Counted from the stretch's first letter, positions 29,627-40,100 are shown. The stretch is 55,334 bases of DNA from Candidatus Omnitrophota bacterium (GCA_020053475.1 JAGVNC010000099.1:1-55334); one strand, 5' to 3'. Program-made: numbers and translations. Notes: generated from the letters alone by a model not told the origin.

Positions 29627-30343
29627 ATGGGAATAGACGATAAACAGATTTCAATTGGCGCGCATTTAGACGAATTCCGCCGAAGGATTATCGTTGTCGC
29701 TATTTTTTTTATAATTCTTGCCAGCATATCGTTTTATTTTATTGAAGATATTTTACGCCTTCTCAAGCTCCCTGCCGGTTCGCATCTGGGCACACTTTCC
29801 GTCTTCAGCCCGACAGCCGCTATCCTGGCTTTTATTAAAATTGGGTTCTTTGCCGGTTTCATCCTCACAACCCCCGTCCTTTTGTATGAAATTTGGATGT
29901 TTATCCTTCCGGCGCTTGAACGAAGGCACGCGCGTTACGGTCTATTATTTGTGTTATCGGGTGTCGTTTTGTTTATCGCCGGTATTTTATTCAGTTTTTA
30001 TTTTTTGGTCCCGGCATCCTTGAAATTTTTGTTAAATATCGGTAAAGGGGAATTGCAATTCATTATCTCTTTGGATTCGTATATCTCTTTTGTACTCCTT
30101 TTTTTGGTGGCCGGAGGGGTGGTATTTGAGATGCCGGCGATGGTCTTTATATTGGCCAAACTGGGAATTTTAACAGCACAAAAAATGATCCGCTCCTGGA
30201 AGCTGGCCATTGTCGTTATTGTCACCGTAGCCGCGCTTTTGACGCCGACACCCGATATTGTTAATATGGCCTTAATGTCTTTGCCGATGTTTCTGCTTTA
30301 TATTGTATCAATTGGAGTGGCGGGATTGGCACAAAGGCGGTGA
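29627..30343 (+). CDS. tatC: Twin-arginine translocase TatC
   Basis: HLDEFRRR, LYEIWMFILPAL, FEMP, LTPTPD. Confidence 0.95.
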   Translation: MGIDDKQISIGAHLDEFRRRIIVVAIFFIILASISFYFIEDILRLLKLPAGSHLGTLSVFSPTAAILAFIKIGFFAGFILTTPVLLYEIWMFILPALERRHARYGLLFVLSGVVLFIAGILFSFYFLVPASLKFLLNIGKGELQFIISLDSYISFVLLFLVAGGVVFEMPAMVFILAKLGILTAQKMIRSWKLAIVVIVTVAALLTPTPDIVNMALMSLPMFLLYIVSIGVAGLAQRR

Positions 30344-30397
30344 ATCGTTCGCTAATAAAAGCGATTTTATAATACATACTTAAAAATAGGAGGGAAC

Positions 30398-30724
30398 ATG
30401 GAATCGGTATCCGCACCACCGAAGATGTACGAAACGTTTAACAAGCGTTATCCCAAACTCAAACAGGCCTATGAATTAATTGCCCAAGCCGGGAAAGACG
30501 GCCCGTTGGATGAACGGACAGCAAGGCTCATTAAACTCGGGATAGTGCTGGGGGCCATGCGGGAAGGGGCCGTGCATGCGAATGTGCGTAAGGCCTTAAC
30601 CTTAGGGATCTCAAAAGAAGAAATTGAGCAGGTTGTATGTTTAGCGGCTCGAACACTGGGGCTCCCGTCAACGGTGGCTGTTTATTCGTGGATCCAAGAT
30701 GTCCTTAAGAAGGGACAAAAATAG
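30398..30724 (+). CDS. Carboxymuconolactone decarboxylase (CMD/AhpD-like) family protein
   Basis: GPLDERTARLIKLG...EGAVHANVRKAL.GISKEEI. Confidence 0.8.
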   Translation: MESVSAPPKMYETFNKRYPKLKQAYELIAQAGKDGPLDERTARLIKLGIVLGAMREGAVHANVRKALTLGISKEEIEQVVCLAARTLGLPSTVAVYSWIQDVLKKGQK

Positions 30725-30757
30725 GAATCACGCTATTCAATTTTTCAAGAAATCACG

Positions 30758-31717
30758 ATGAATAACAATTGTTCAACATCTTGTATAGTCGATAATAACG
30801 GGCGTGTCATGCATAAACTACGCGTCCAATTGACGGATGCCTGTAATTTCAGGTGTTTTTATTGCATGCCTCCTGACGCCCGCTTCCTTTCTTCGTTAGA
30901 GCGTCTTCGCGCCTCGGAATTAATTGGGATATGTTCGGCATTAGTGGATTTGGGGATTGATGAGATAAGGCTTTCCGGGGGTGAACCAACGATACGCAAA
31001 GACTTTGATGAAATCGTCCGTGGCTTGTCTGATCTGCCATTAAAGAAACTGGGAGTCACAACCAATGGATTTTGTCTCGAGGAGAAGCTGTCGGTTCTGA
31101 AGGATACGCGCTGTCAGCACATCAATGTGAGCCTTGACAGCTTAAAGGAAGAACGATTCCAGGCCATAACTAAGGCCAATCATTTTAAAAATGTTTACCG
31201 GGGGATTCTTTCAGCCCAAGCGATGGGATTTCATCTTAAAGTGAATGTTGTCCTCATGCGGGGAGTCAATGATGACGAAATTCTCGATTTCTTGGAATTC
31301 TCAAGGAGACATCATATTGAAGTGAGGTTTCTGGAATTGATGAAAATCGGCTGTGCCCGGCTGAACCATGAACGTCATTTTATCCCCGCAAAAGAAATCA
31401 TCGGAAAAATAGAAGAACGCCATTCATTGACCCCGCTTTCTGTGAACATTGATTCGACGGCGTTTAATTTTGTTACCGATCATGGTGCTAAAATCGGTTT
31501 CATTGCTTCAGAATCACAGCCGTTTTGCGGATTTTGTTCGCGGCTTCGTTTAACCGCAAGTGGGATTTTAAGATCCTGTTTGATGTCAGAAAGAGGGATT
31601 AGTTTGAGGGGAAAGGACAGGTCACAGTATCTCGAAATTTTAAAAACTGTAATAGCCATGAAGCCGATGGATCGCCTGGAAAAAATCGGCCAGCCTATGT
31701 ATCAAATTGGAGGATAA
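30758..31717 (+). CDS. moaA: GTP 3',8-cyclase
   Basis: CNFRCFYC radical SAM motif, SGGEP, FCGFCSRLRL...SCL, C-terminal IGG. Confidence 0.93.
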   Translation: MNNNCSTSCIVDNNGRVMHKLRVQLTDACNFRCFYCMPPDARFLSSLERLRASELIGICSALVDLGIDEIRLSGGEPTIRKDFDEIVRGLSDLPLKKLGVTTNGFCLEEKLSVLKDTRCQHINVSLDSLKEERFQAITKANHFKNVYRGILSAQAMGFHLKVNVVLMRGVNDDEILDFLEFSRRHHIEVRFLELMKIGCARLNHERHFIPAKEIIGKIEERHSLTPLSVNIDSTAFNFVTDHGAKIGFIASESQPFCGFCSRLRLTASGILRSCLMSERGISLRGKDRSQYLEILKTVIAMKPMDRLEKIGQPMYQIGG

Positions 31718-31990
31718 ATGGATAAACAATTAACTGATGATAAAATCAATGGGGCAGTGTTGGTGATATCAATTTCCGAAAGCCGGGGTATCAAAAAACG
31801 AAATGTCGAATTCGCAGAATTAAGGGAGGATTTTGGGATTGTCAATGACGCCCATGCAGGCAAATGGCACAGACAGATTAGTCTTCTTGCCATAGAGCCT
31901 ATGCAGAAGATTAAAGAGAAGGGCTTGAATGTCAAGTTCGGGGATTTTGCCGAGAATATTTTCCCGCGTATTAAAGGGTGGAACAATTAA
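31718..31990 (+). pseudogene. Truncated MOSC-domain protein (N-terminal half)
   Basis: ISESRGIKK, DAHAGKWHRQISLL, GDFAENI followed by an early stop. Confidence 0.7.
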
Positions 31991-32026
31991 ACCACTAAAT
32001 CAGCCGTAGTTTTTCAGGATCATAAA

Positions 32027-32524
32027 ATGTTGGATAAAAAGAATCTCCCCTATATAGTATCAATCAACATATCTTCGGGTGGAGTCCCCAAATTGCCCAT
32101 TGATTCTATTTATGTGTCATGTTCTGGCCTGAAAGGAGATGGACATAACCATGCCAAACATTATGATCCTATTCAGGCGGTTTGTCTTCAGGATGTCGAA
32201 CAACTGGAAGGGCTTAACCTTAAAGGGTATTCTCTTGTCCCCGGGGCAACGGGAGAAAATCTCACCGTAAAAAATCTTCATGTCAATAAACTTCCCTTAA
32301 AAGCGGTTCTGAAATTTTCCGGTGGCGTTGTTGTAGAGATATCAAAAGTTCGCAAGCCTTGTTACGTAATGGATGCTATTCATCCTCGGTTAAAAGAAGA
32401 CACCGTTGGCTGTCATGGGATGTATGCCAGGGTGATTCAGGAAGGCATGTTGACTTCCGGAGAAATGATTGACGTTATTCTTCCCTCGTTATCAAATGAG
32501 CTAATTAAATCGAGCGCATTATGA
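32027..32524 (+). CDS. MOSC-domain protein (YiiM-like)
   Basis: SINISSGGVPKLP, GLKGD, PGATGENLT, RKPC, GMYARVIQEG. Confidence 0.88.
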   Translation: MLDKKNLPYIVSINISSGGVPKLPIDSIYVSCSGLKGDGHNHAKHYDPIQAVCLQDVEQLEGLNLKGYSLVPGATGENLTVKNLHVNKLPLKAVLKFSGGVVVEISKVRKPCYVMDAIHPRLKEDTVGCHGMYARVIQEGMLTSGEMIDVILPSLSNELIKSSAL

Positions 32525-32609
32525 CACCCCACCGCTAACCATCACTGGTTATTTCTAAGTCGAAAAAATTTTTAATCGATGCCGTTTTATTTAACCCACA
32601 AATGGATTA

Positions 32610-32656
32610 TTGACAAAAAAATATACGTCTGTTAATCTATATAACAAATTTGTTAT
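32610..32656 (+). promoter_or_regulatory. ars promoter and ArsR operator
   Basis: TTGACA-17-TAATCT with TG extension, then the perfect palindrome ataacaaatttgttat at 32641-32656. Confidence 0.7.
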
Positions 32657-33001
32657 GTGAATATGCTTGATAAGACTGAAAAGTTATTTAAGATTTTTGC
32701 TGATAAGAATCGTTTGAGGATATTCAATCTCCTTCAACAGCGGAAAATGTGTGTCTGCGAAATCGCCTTTGTGTTGCAAGTGACTCAGCCCAGCATTTCA
32801 CGGCATTTAAGGAAGATGAAGGAATCTGGATTAGTCGGAGATGAGCAGGACGGTTTCTGGACAAACTATTTCTTAAAGAATTCTTCGGGAGAAAACAATA
32901 TTGTTTTTTGGATTAAATCCTTCTTGAAGGGCGACAATGTCCTCAAAGCGGATATGAATCGATTGAAAAAGGTGGATCGGACAAAACTATGTTGTAGGTA
33001 A
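32657..33001 (+). CDS. arsR: ArsR/SmtB metalloregulator
   Basis: ADKNRLRI, MCVCEI, QPSISRHL, C-terminal CC. Confidence 0.92.
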   Translation: MNMLDKTEKLFKIFADKNRLRIFNLLQQRKMCVCEIAFVLQVTQPSISRHLRKMKESGLVGDEQDGFWTNYFLKNSSGENNIVFWIKSFLKGDNVLKADMNRLKKVDRTKLCCR

Positions 33002-33016
33002 ATTTTTTTAACGAAA

Positions 33017-33040
33017 TTACATAACAAGGCAGTTATGTAA
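33017..33040. promoter_or_regulatory. Second ArsR-like operator downstream of arsR
   Basis: ttacataac-aaggca-gttatgtaa, with the same ataac/gttat half-sites as 32641-32656. Confidence 0.6.
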
Positions 33041-33056
33041 ATTAAGGAGGTTGAGC

Positions 33057-33209
33057 ATGGCTCAAAAAAATGGAGTAAAACAAGAAAAGAAGAGAGGATT
33101 CTTGAGTGGGTTGATGGAAAAGTTGGATAAAAAGATGGAGGAGAAGGCGCAAAAATCATCCTGCTGTGGCGGCGGCTCTGGCCAAAAGAAAGGTTCGTCA
33201 TGCTGTTAA
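33057..33209 (+). CDS. 50-aa Lys-rich protein with two CC pairs (missed by the ORF track)
   Basis: RBS aaggagg; [50 protein letters not shown]. Confidence 0.8.
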   Translation: MAQKNGVKQEKKRGFLSGLMEKLDKKMEEKAQKSSCCGGGSGQKKGSSCC

Positions 33210-34159
33210 AATTTGCGGACTGACTGACGTACGGGTTGTTTGGCTTATCGTCTGAAACAAGGTTTGGGGCATCTGTTAATTTTTTTGTCTATGATTCCAT
33301 CAAGATTCTTCTGCTTCTTTTTGTCCTGATTTTTGTTATTGGCGTATTAAGAACATTCCTGCCTCAACAAAAAATAAAACAGTGGATGGGCAAAAGAGGG
33401 GCGGCAGGGAACTTTTATGCCGCTCTTTTTGGAGCCGTCACGCCGTTTTGTTCGTGCTCTTCGATTCCGATCTTTCTTGGTTTCTTGGAGGCGGGTATTC
33501 CTTTGGGCGTAACATTTTCCTTCCTGATCACTTCCCCATTAATTAATGAGTATCTTGTCATTCTGATGTTGGGGTTCTTCGGTTGGAAGATTACACTTCT
33601 GTATGTTGTTAGCGGAGTATTAATTGGAGTTGTCTCGGGATTAATTCTCGGACGAATGAACTTGGATCAGTATCTTGTGGCTGATCTTATTGAGAAAAGA
33701 GGAAATGATATCAAGGAAGAGTTGTTTCCTGCATTTACCGGCCGTCTTAAATTCGGCTGGGATGAAGCCGTTTCAATAGCAAAGAAAATCTGGCTGTGGG
33801 TTTTAGTCGGTGTCGGAATCGGGGCGGCTATCCATAATTATATTCCGCAAGAAATGATTCAAAAAATCATCAGCAAGACTGGTATTTTTTCCGTTCCGAT
33901 AGCTACGATTTTGGGTGTGCCGATGTATGGAAGCTGTGCTGCCATTGTTCCTATTGCCGTAGTGTTGTTTCAAAAAGGGATTCCTCTCGGTACGGCGTTG
34001 GCTTTTATGATGGCCGTCGCGGCGTTAAGTCTGCCAGAAGCGATTATGCTTCGCCGGGCTATGCGCTTACAGTTAATTTTTATTTTCTTTGGCATCACAA
34101 CGTTGGCGATCATTGTGACGGGTTATTTATTTAATTTTCTTCAGAATATTCTTATTTAA
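33200..34159 (+). CDS. ArsP/DUF318-family permease with an in-frame TGA at codon 8
   Basis: [10 protein letters not shown] and ALSLPE motifs. ATG 33200 is in frame and reads MLLKFAD*LTYGLFG. Confidence 0.85.
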
Positions 34160-34209
34160 TGGAGGACGTAACCTCTATCTCTTCTTCAATCTCTAAAATA
34201 GGAGTGAGC

Positions 34210-35268
34210 ATGGCCGATTCTATTACAAAGAAATTATCTTTTCTGGACAGATTCCTGACGTTGTGGATTCTTTCGGCCATGGCCGTCGGAGTGGGGGCGG
34301 GATATTTTGTCCCTGGGATAACCCAGCTTTGGAATAAATTCCAAGTGGGCGCGACCAATATTCCGATTGCCATCGGGCTTATCCTGATGATGTATCCGCC
34401 GCTTGCCAAAGTAAAGTATGAAGAGATCGGCAAGATTTTTAAGAATAAAAAACTTCTCACGCTCTCTCTAGTGCAAAATTGGATCATTGGGCCGGTCGTT
34501 ATGACGGCACTGGCCATCATGTTTTTACGTGGATATCCGGAGTATATGATTGGTGTAATTTTGGTTGGTCTGGCGCGGTGCATTGCCATGGTCATTGTCT
34601 GGAACGATCTCTCAGATGGCGACCGGGAACTGGCGGCCGGACTTGTAGCGTTCAATGCGGTTTTTCAAGTTCTGTTTTATGCGCCGTATATTTACCTTTT
34701 CATCACGGTTCTTTTGAATATCTTAGGAATTGCGAAGGGACTTAACATTCACATTTCCATGGCGGAATCAGCAAAAACGGTTTTGATCTATCTCGGCATT
34801 CCATTCTTCGCAGGTGTTGTGAGTCGGTTCACGCTAATTAGAATGAAGGGGCGTGAGTGGTTTGACAATGTTTACATTCCACGGATTAGCCCAGTCACAT
34901 TGGTTGCGCTACTTTTTACGATATTCGTTATGTTTTCTCTTAAGGGCGAGGATATCGTCCGTTTACCATTGGATGTTGTTCGTATTGCGGTTCCCCTGAC
35001 GGTCTATTTTATCGTCATGTGGTTCGTGACCTATTGGTTCTCCAAGAAGCTTAAGTCAAATCACGCCGAGGCAACGGCGGTGTCGTTCACGGCGGCCAGC
35101 AATGATTTCGAGCTGGCGATTGCGGTGGCGGTTGCTATTTTTGGCATCAACTCCATGCAGGCTTTCGCAACCGTTATCGGGCCGCTGATTGAAGTGCCGG
35201 TGATGCTGTTGCTGGTCAATGTGGCCCGGATGTTTGAGAAAAAGGCTAACTTAAAGAAATGCTGTTAG
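34210..35268 (+). CDS. acr3: Acr3 arsenite/antimonite efflux transporter
   Basis: [47 protein letters not shown]; RBS ggag before ATG 34210. Confidence 0.95.
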   Translation: MADSITKKLSFLDRFLTLWILSAMAVGVGAGYFVPGITQLWNKFQVGATNIPIAIGLILMMYPPLAKVKYEEIGKIFKNKKLLTLSLVQNWIIGPVVMTALAIMFLRGYPEYMIGVILVGLARCIAMVIVWNDLSDGDRELAAGLVAFNAVFQVLFYAPYIYLFITVLLNILGIAKGLNIHISMAESAKTVLIYLGIPFFAGVVSRFTLIRMKGREWFDNVYIPRISPVTLVALLFTIFVMFSLKGEDIVRLPLDVVRIAVPLTVYFIVMWFVTYWFSKKLKSNHAEATAVSFTAASNDFELAIAVAVAIFGINSMQAFATVIGPLIEVPVMLLLVNVARMFEKKANLKKCC

Positions 35269-35278
35269 GGGAAAGGGT

Positions 35279-35692
35279 ATGTTAAAGAAAAAAGTTTTGA
35301 TCCTTTGTACGGGAAATTCCTGCCGTTCGCAAATGGCCGAGGGTCTCTTGCGGCATTTCGGGGGGAAGCAGTTTGAAGTGTTCAGCGCCGGGACTAAACC
35401 ATCCCAGGTCAATCCGATCGCGATACGGGTGATGAAAGAAATCAGGATCGATATTTCCGGGCACCGCTCAAAACATGTAGATGAGTTTAAAGGACAGAAA
35501 TTCGATGATGTGATTACCGTATGCGATAACGCCAAAGAGTCCTGTCCAATCTTCCCGGGTGTGAAGCCGATGCACTGGCCTTTTCCTGATCCTCCTCATG
35601 GGCAGGGAGAGTCGGAAGTCATTCTCCATGAGTTTCGTACGGTCAGAGATATGATTTCTGAAAAGTTTAGAGATTTTGCCAAAAGTTATTAA
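35279..35692 (+). CDS. arsC: Arsenate reductase, LMW-PTP (thioredoxin-coupled) type
   Basis: CTGNSCRSQMAE, VITVCDNAKESCP, HWPFPDP. Confidence 0.92.
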   Translation: MLKKKVLILCTGNSCRSQMAEGLLRHFGGKQFEVFSAGTKPSQVNPIAIRVMKEIRIDISGHRSKHVDEFKGQKFDDVITVCDNAKESCPIFPGVKPMHWPFPDPPHGQGESEVILHEFRTVRDMISEKFRDFAKSY

Positions 35693-35707
35693 AATTCGAC
35701 TTTCCCA

Positions 35708-35911
35708 ATGACTCGTAAATTAAAATCAATCATTAAGTGTCCCTATTGTGGTTTTGAAAAAGAAGAGACCATACCCACTGATTCCTGCCAGTTTTTCTAT
35801 CGGTGCAGTCATTGCGGGGTAAGGTTGAGGCCCAAAGAAGGGGATTGTTGTGTTTTCTGCTCTTACGGCACGATTAAATGCCCTCCGAAACAAAATGAAA
35901 AGTGCTATTAA
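35708..35911 (+). CDS. GDCCVxC-domain small Cys-rich protein
   Basis: CPYCG...C...CSHCG...PKEGDCCVFCSYG..KCPP. Confidence 0.85.
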   Translation: MTRKLKSIIKCPYCGFEKEETIPTDSCQFFYRCSHCGVRLRPKEGDCCVFCSYGTIKCPPKQNEKCY

Positions 35912-36048
35912 CTCTTCATTTTTTAGAACCCCAGATTCAATTTTCAGGTTCGCGAAAGTAAGAAGGTCGATGGTTTTTATGTCCAGTTGGATATGGCCAA
36001 GAAAAAGTCCATTGCGCATGCCGGGCAGGCGATGCTGATCTAAAATAA

Positions 36049-37104
36049 CTATTCTTTCAATGATTTAATGTACAGCATTTTTCCATAATCGTCCAGCGCC
36101 TTAACGTAGTTTCCCCTCTCGAATAGCTCTGGATTCGGGCAAGATTTTTGGCTCATCGAGCCTTTCATTTGGCTGACCGATTGATATTCGTTTTCAATCA
36201 TCCAATCCTTCATTTTCTCTAAGATTTCGCTGATGCGGCTTATGCCGTTTTTCAAAAGGGTAGAGCAAAGCATCGTTGCATCCGCCCCCACCATCAACAA
36301 TTTTAGAACATCTTCATGGGTGTGAACGCCGCTGGTTGCAGATAAACTGCATTTGATACGGCCATGCAAAATCGCAATCCAGCGTAAGGGAAGGCGCATC
36401 GCTTGGGGCGTGCTTAAAAGAACGTTGGGAGTAACTTCTAGGTTGGCCAGATCGATGTCGGGTTGATAGAACCGGTTAAAGAGAACCAAGCCATCAGCTC
36501 CAGTTTCTTCTAGCCGTTTGGCCATATTCGCCATGTTGCTAAAGAAGGGAGACAGTTTGATCGCCACCGGAATCGATATACTGGACTTTACTGAATGCAA
36601 TATATCAATATACTTTTGTTCAACATCGCTACCGGGAACATGGGGATCCGTCGGGATAAAATAGATGTTGAGCTCAAGCGCATCGGCTCCGGCATTTTCA
36701 ATTTTTTTCGCATATTTGGTCCAGCCTCCTAAAGAGTACCCGTTGATACTTCCGATAATGGGCACCTTAATTTCTTTTTTAAGTTTTTCAATATGGTTGA
36801 GGTACTCATCCGGGCCAAGGATAAACTGCGATGGTTCCGGGAAATAGGTCAAAGCTTCCGGATAGCTATCGGTCCCGCGGGTAAGATGATCGTGCAGGGT
36901 ATGCGTTTCATGAATGATTTGTTCTTCAAAGAGTGAAAACAAAACAATCGCACTGATGCCGGCTTCTTCAAGTTTGCGGGCATTACTCAATGTGTAGGAA
37001 AGAGGGGAGGCGGAAGCGATCAGAGGATTTTTAAGAGTCATCCCTAAATATTCAGTGGTAAGATCGGGGGACGTTTTGCTATGGGGTGTTTTCTGTTTTG
37101 GCAT
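36049..37104 (-). CDS. Dihydroorotate dehydrogenase-like flavoprotein
   Basis: YLGMTLKNPLIASASP, SLFEEQI, ADALELN, KLSPFF, LFNRFYQPD; overlaps the end of PFOR. Confidence 0.88.
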   Translation of the reverse strand: MPKQKTPHSKTSPDLTTEYLGMTLKNPLIASASPLSYTLSNARKLEEAGISAIVLFSLFEEQIIHETHTLHDHLTRGTDSYPEALTYFPEPSQFILGPDEYLNHIEKLKKEIKVPIIGSINGYSLGGWTKYAKKIENAGADALELNIYFIPTDPHVPGSDVEQKYIDILHSVKSSISIPVAIKLSPFFSNMANMAKRLEETGADGLVLFNRFYQPDIDLANLEVTPNVLLSTPQAMRLPLRWIAILHGRIKCSLSATSGVHTHEDVLKLLMVGADATMLCSTLLKNGISRISEILEKMKDWMIENEYQSVSQMKGSMSQKSCPNPELFERGNYVKALDDYGKMLYIKSLKE

Positions 37105-40100
37105 TTTGATCTTTTCCCGGTTGATCAGCCATTTGTTTGTAAACAGCCCATCGCCGATCAACATCTTCTTGGGCTAATTTCATTAAGCGGTCAGCTTCGT
37201 CGGGATTTGTTTTTTTAAGTATTTGAAAACGATTTTGTCGATAGGTGTAATCCTTTAACTTTATTTTTGGATCTGAAGAATCGAGTTGTAAAGGGTTTTT
37301 TCCTTCCATCGCTAAAAGAGGATTGTAGCGAAAGAGCGGCCAATGACCAGAGAAAACAGCTGCCTTTTGGTCCTGCATCGCGGTTTTCATATCAATCCCG
37401 TGGGCAATGCAGTGAGAATAGGCAATGATCAAAGAAGGCCCATCGTAGGCCTCTGCTTCCAGAAAGACTTTTAATGTGTGTTCATCTTTCGCCCCCATCG
37501 CAATTGAGGCGACATAAACATGTTCATAGGTCATTGCGATACGCGCGAGGTCTTTTTTCGCATGAGTTTTCCCGCCAGCAGCAAATTTTGCAACTGCGGC
37601 ACGTGGGGTAGATTTGGAAGCTTGTCCGCCCGTGTTTGAATAAACTTCCGTGTCAAGAACCAGAATGTTAACGTTTTTCCCTGTGGCCATGACATGATCC
37701 AATCCGCCAAACCCGATATCATACGCCCATCCATCGCCGCCAATAATCCAAACACTTTTTTTGACCAGCGTATCAGCAAGGCTCAGGAGCTGTGCAGATT
37801 CCGAGGATTTTATTGCTTTTAATTTTTCTTTAAGTTGGGCAACGCGCTCGCGCTGTTCAAAGATTCCCGGTTCATCAGTTTGCCGTGCATGAATGATCGC
37901 GTCGCAGAGTTCTATCCCCAGGGACGAGGAGAGTTTTCGGAGAAGTTCAGCGGCAAATTGAGCCTGTTTGTCAATCGCTAGACGCATGCCGAGCCCAAAC
38001 TCCGCGTTATCTTCAAAGAGGGAATTGGCCCACGCGGGGCCTCTGCCTTGTTTATTTTTTGTCCAAGGGGTTGTCGGAAGATTTCCACCGTAAATTGAAG
38101 AGCATCCGGTTGCATTCGCCACAATCATCCGGTCACCAAAAAGCTGGGTGGCTAATTTTATATAAGGAGTTTCGCCGCATCCCGCGCAAGCACCGGAAAA
38201 TTCAAATAAGGGTTCGAGGATTTGCGAAGAACGGACGGTTGTCCGTTTAACCAAATTGCGATCGATTTCGGGGAGGTTGAGGAAGAATTCCCAATTCGCT
38301 TTTTCCTCTTCGCGAATCGGGGGTTGTGGCGTCATGTTGATGGCCTTGAAGCGGGTTTCTGTTTTATTTTTTACCGGGCAGACATCGACACAAATCCCGC
38401 AGCCGGTACAGTCTTCGGGAGCGACTTGCAGCGTATATTTAAGGTCTTTCCATCCGAGATCCCGGGCATCCGTTGACTTAAAGGTGGCAGGTGCGTTGGT
38501 CAATGCCTTTGGATCATAAACTTTAAAGCGAATCACGGCGTGGGGGCAGACCATGGAACATTTTCCGCATTGGATACAGATATTTTCATCCCAGGCAGGA
38601 ATTTCTTGGGCGATATTGCGCTTTTCCCATTTCGTCGTTCCGACGGGATACGTGCCGTCTGCCGGCAAACAACTCACCGGGATATCATCGCCTTGCCGCG
38701 CAATAATTTTAGCGGTGACATCCTGAACAAAATCCGGCGCTTCTTTGGCAACCGCGCGGAGTCGGTAGAATTTGCTGGTAGCTTTTTCAGGGACAATCAC
38801 CTCATGCAGATGCAACAGTGATTGCTCAACAGCTTTAAAATTCATTTCAACAATATGTTCACCTTTCTGGGAATATGTTTTTTGAATAAAGGCTTTAATC
38901 GCCGTGATCGCCTCATTGCGCGGCAAAATGCCAGAAATCGCAAAAAAGCAGGTCTGCATGATCGTGTTGATGTGCGAGCTCATGCCGTATTCCCGGGCGA
39001 CAGTATAAGCATCAATACTAAAAAGACGGAGATTTTTATCAATGATGCTCTGTTGAACTTCCCGCGGCAGATGGTCCCAGACTTGATTGGCTTCAAAGGG
39101 AGCGTTGATGAGAAAAGTCCCCCGGGGTTCGATTTCTTCTAAAACATCAAACTTTTCAAGGAATTCAAATTGATGGCATCCGACAAAGCTGGCTTGCGTT
39201 ATTAAGAAACTCGATAGAATAGGCTTGGGGCCGAAACGCAGATGGGATACGGTAATCGATCCAGCCTTTTTGGAATCATAGACAAAATATCCTTGGACAT
39301 AATTGGGTGTATTCTCACCGATGATTTTGATTGTGTTTTTGTTTGCCCCGACGGTTCCGTCTGAGCCTAATCCGTAAAAAATGGCCCGCACTCCGGAGCT
39401 GCTTTCAATAATAAAATTTTTATCATAATGAAGGCTCGTGTATGTGACGTCATCTTCAATGCCGATCGTGAAATGATTTTTAGGGTCCTCCTTTTTCATT
39501 TCATCAAAAATCGCTTTGACCATCGCCGGGGTAAATTCTTTGGAGGAAAGGCCGTAACGGCCGCCGATAATTCTCGGCAGCTGTGAAAAATATTTTTTAT
39601 GGCTGAATTCCATGACTGAGCTGACAACATCGAGGTAGAGCGGCTCTCCAACGCTCCCGGGTTCCTTGGTGCGGTCTAAGACGGCGATTGTTTTTGTTGT
39701 CTTTGGGAGGGCTTCAATAAAGGGGGGAATGGAAAAGGGGCGGAACAAGCGTACTCGTAAAACACCGACTTTTTCTCTGCTGTCATTGAGTTTGTGCACG
39801 GTATCGGCACAAGTATCTGCAGCCGAGCCCATGATCACAATCACGCGTTCAGCGTTCGGGTCGCCATCATAATCAAAAAGATGATATTCTCTCCCGGTTA
39901 ACTTGGAAAATTGATCCATTGTTTTTTGGACGATTGTCGAACAGTTGATATAGTAGGAATTGACGGTTTCGCGTGCCTGAAAATAAACGTCGGGATTTTG
40001 TGTGGTCCCGCGGATAACGGGATTATCCGGTGTCAATCCCCGCTTGCGATGCTCGAGAACTTTTTCTTCATTAATCATCTCCCGTATATGTTCAAGAGAA

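Noticed and set aside
33221-33223. Selenocysteine or genome-wide TGA recoding
   Set aside because: The position appears to correspond to Trp rather than Cys, and many genes here end properly at TGA.
35726-36038. Short ORFs between the ars operon and the DHOD-like gene
   Set aside because: They overlap the GDCCVxC gene and have no recognisable motif; at most a minus-strand remnant.
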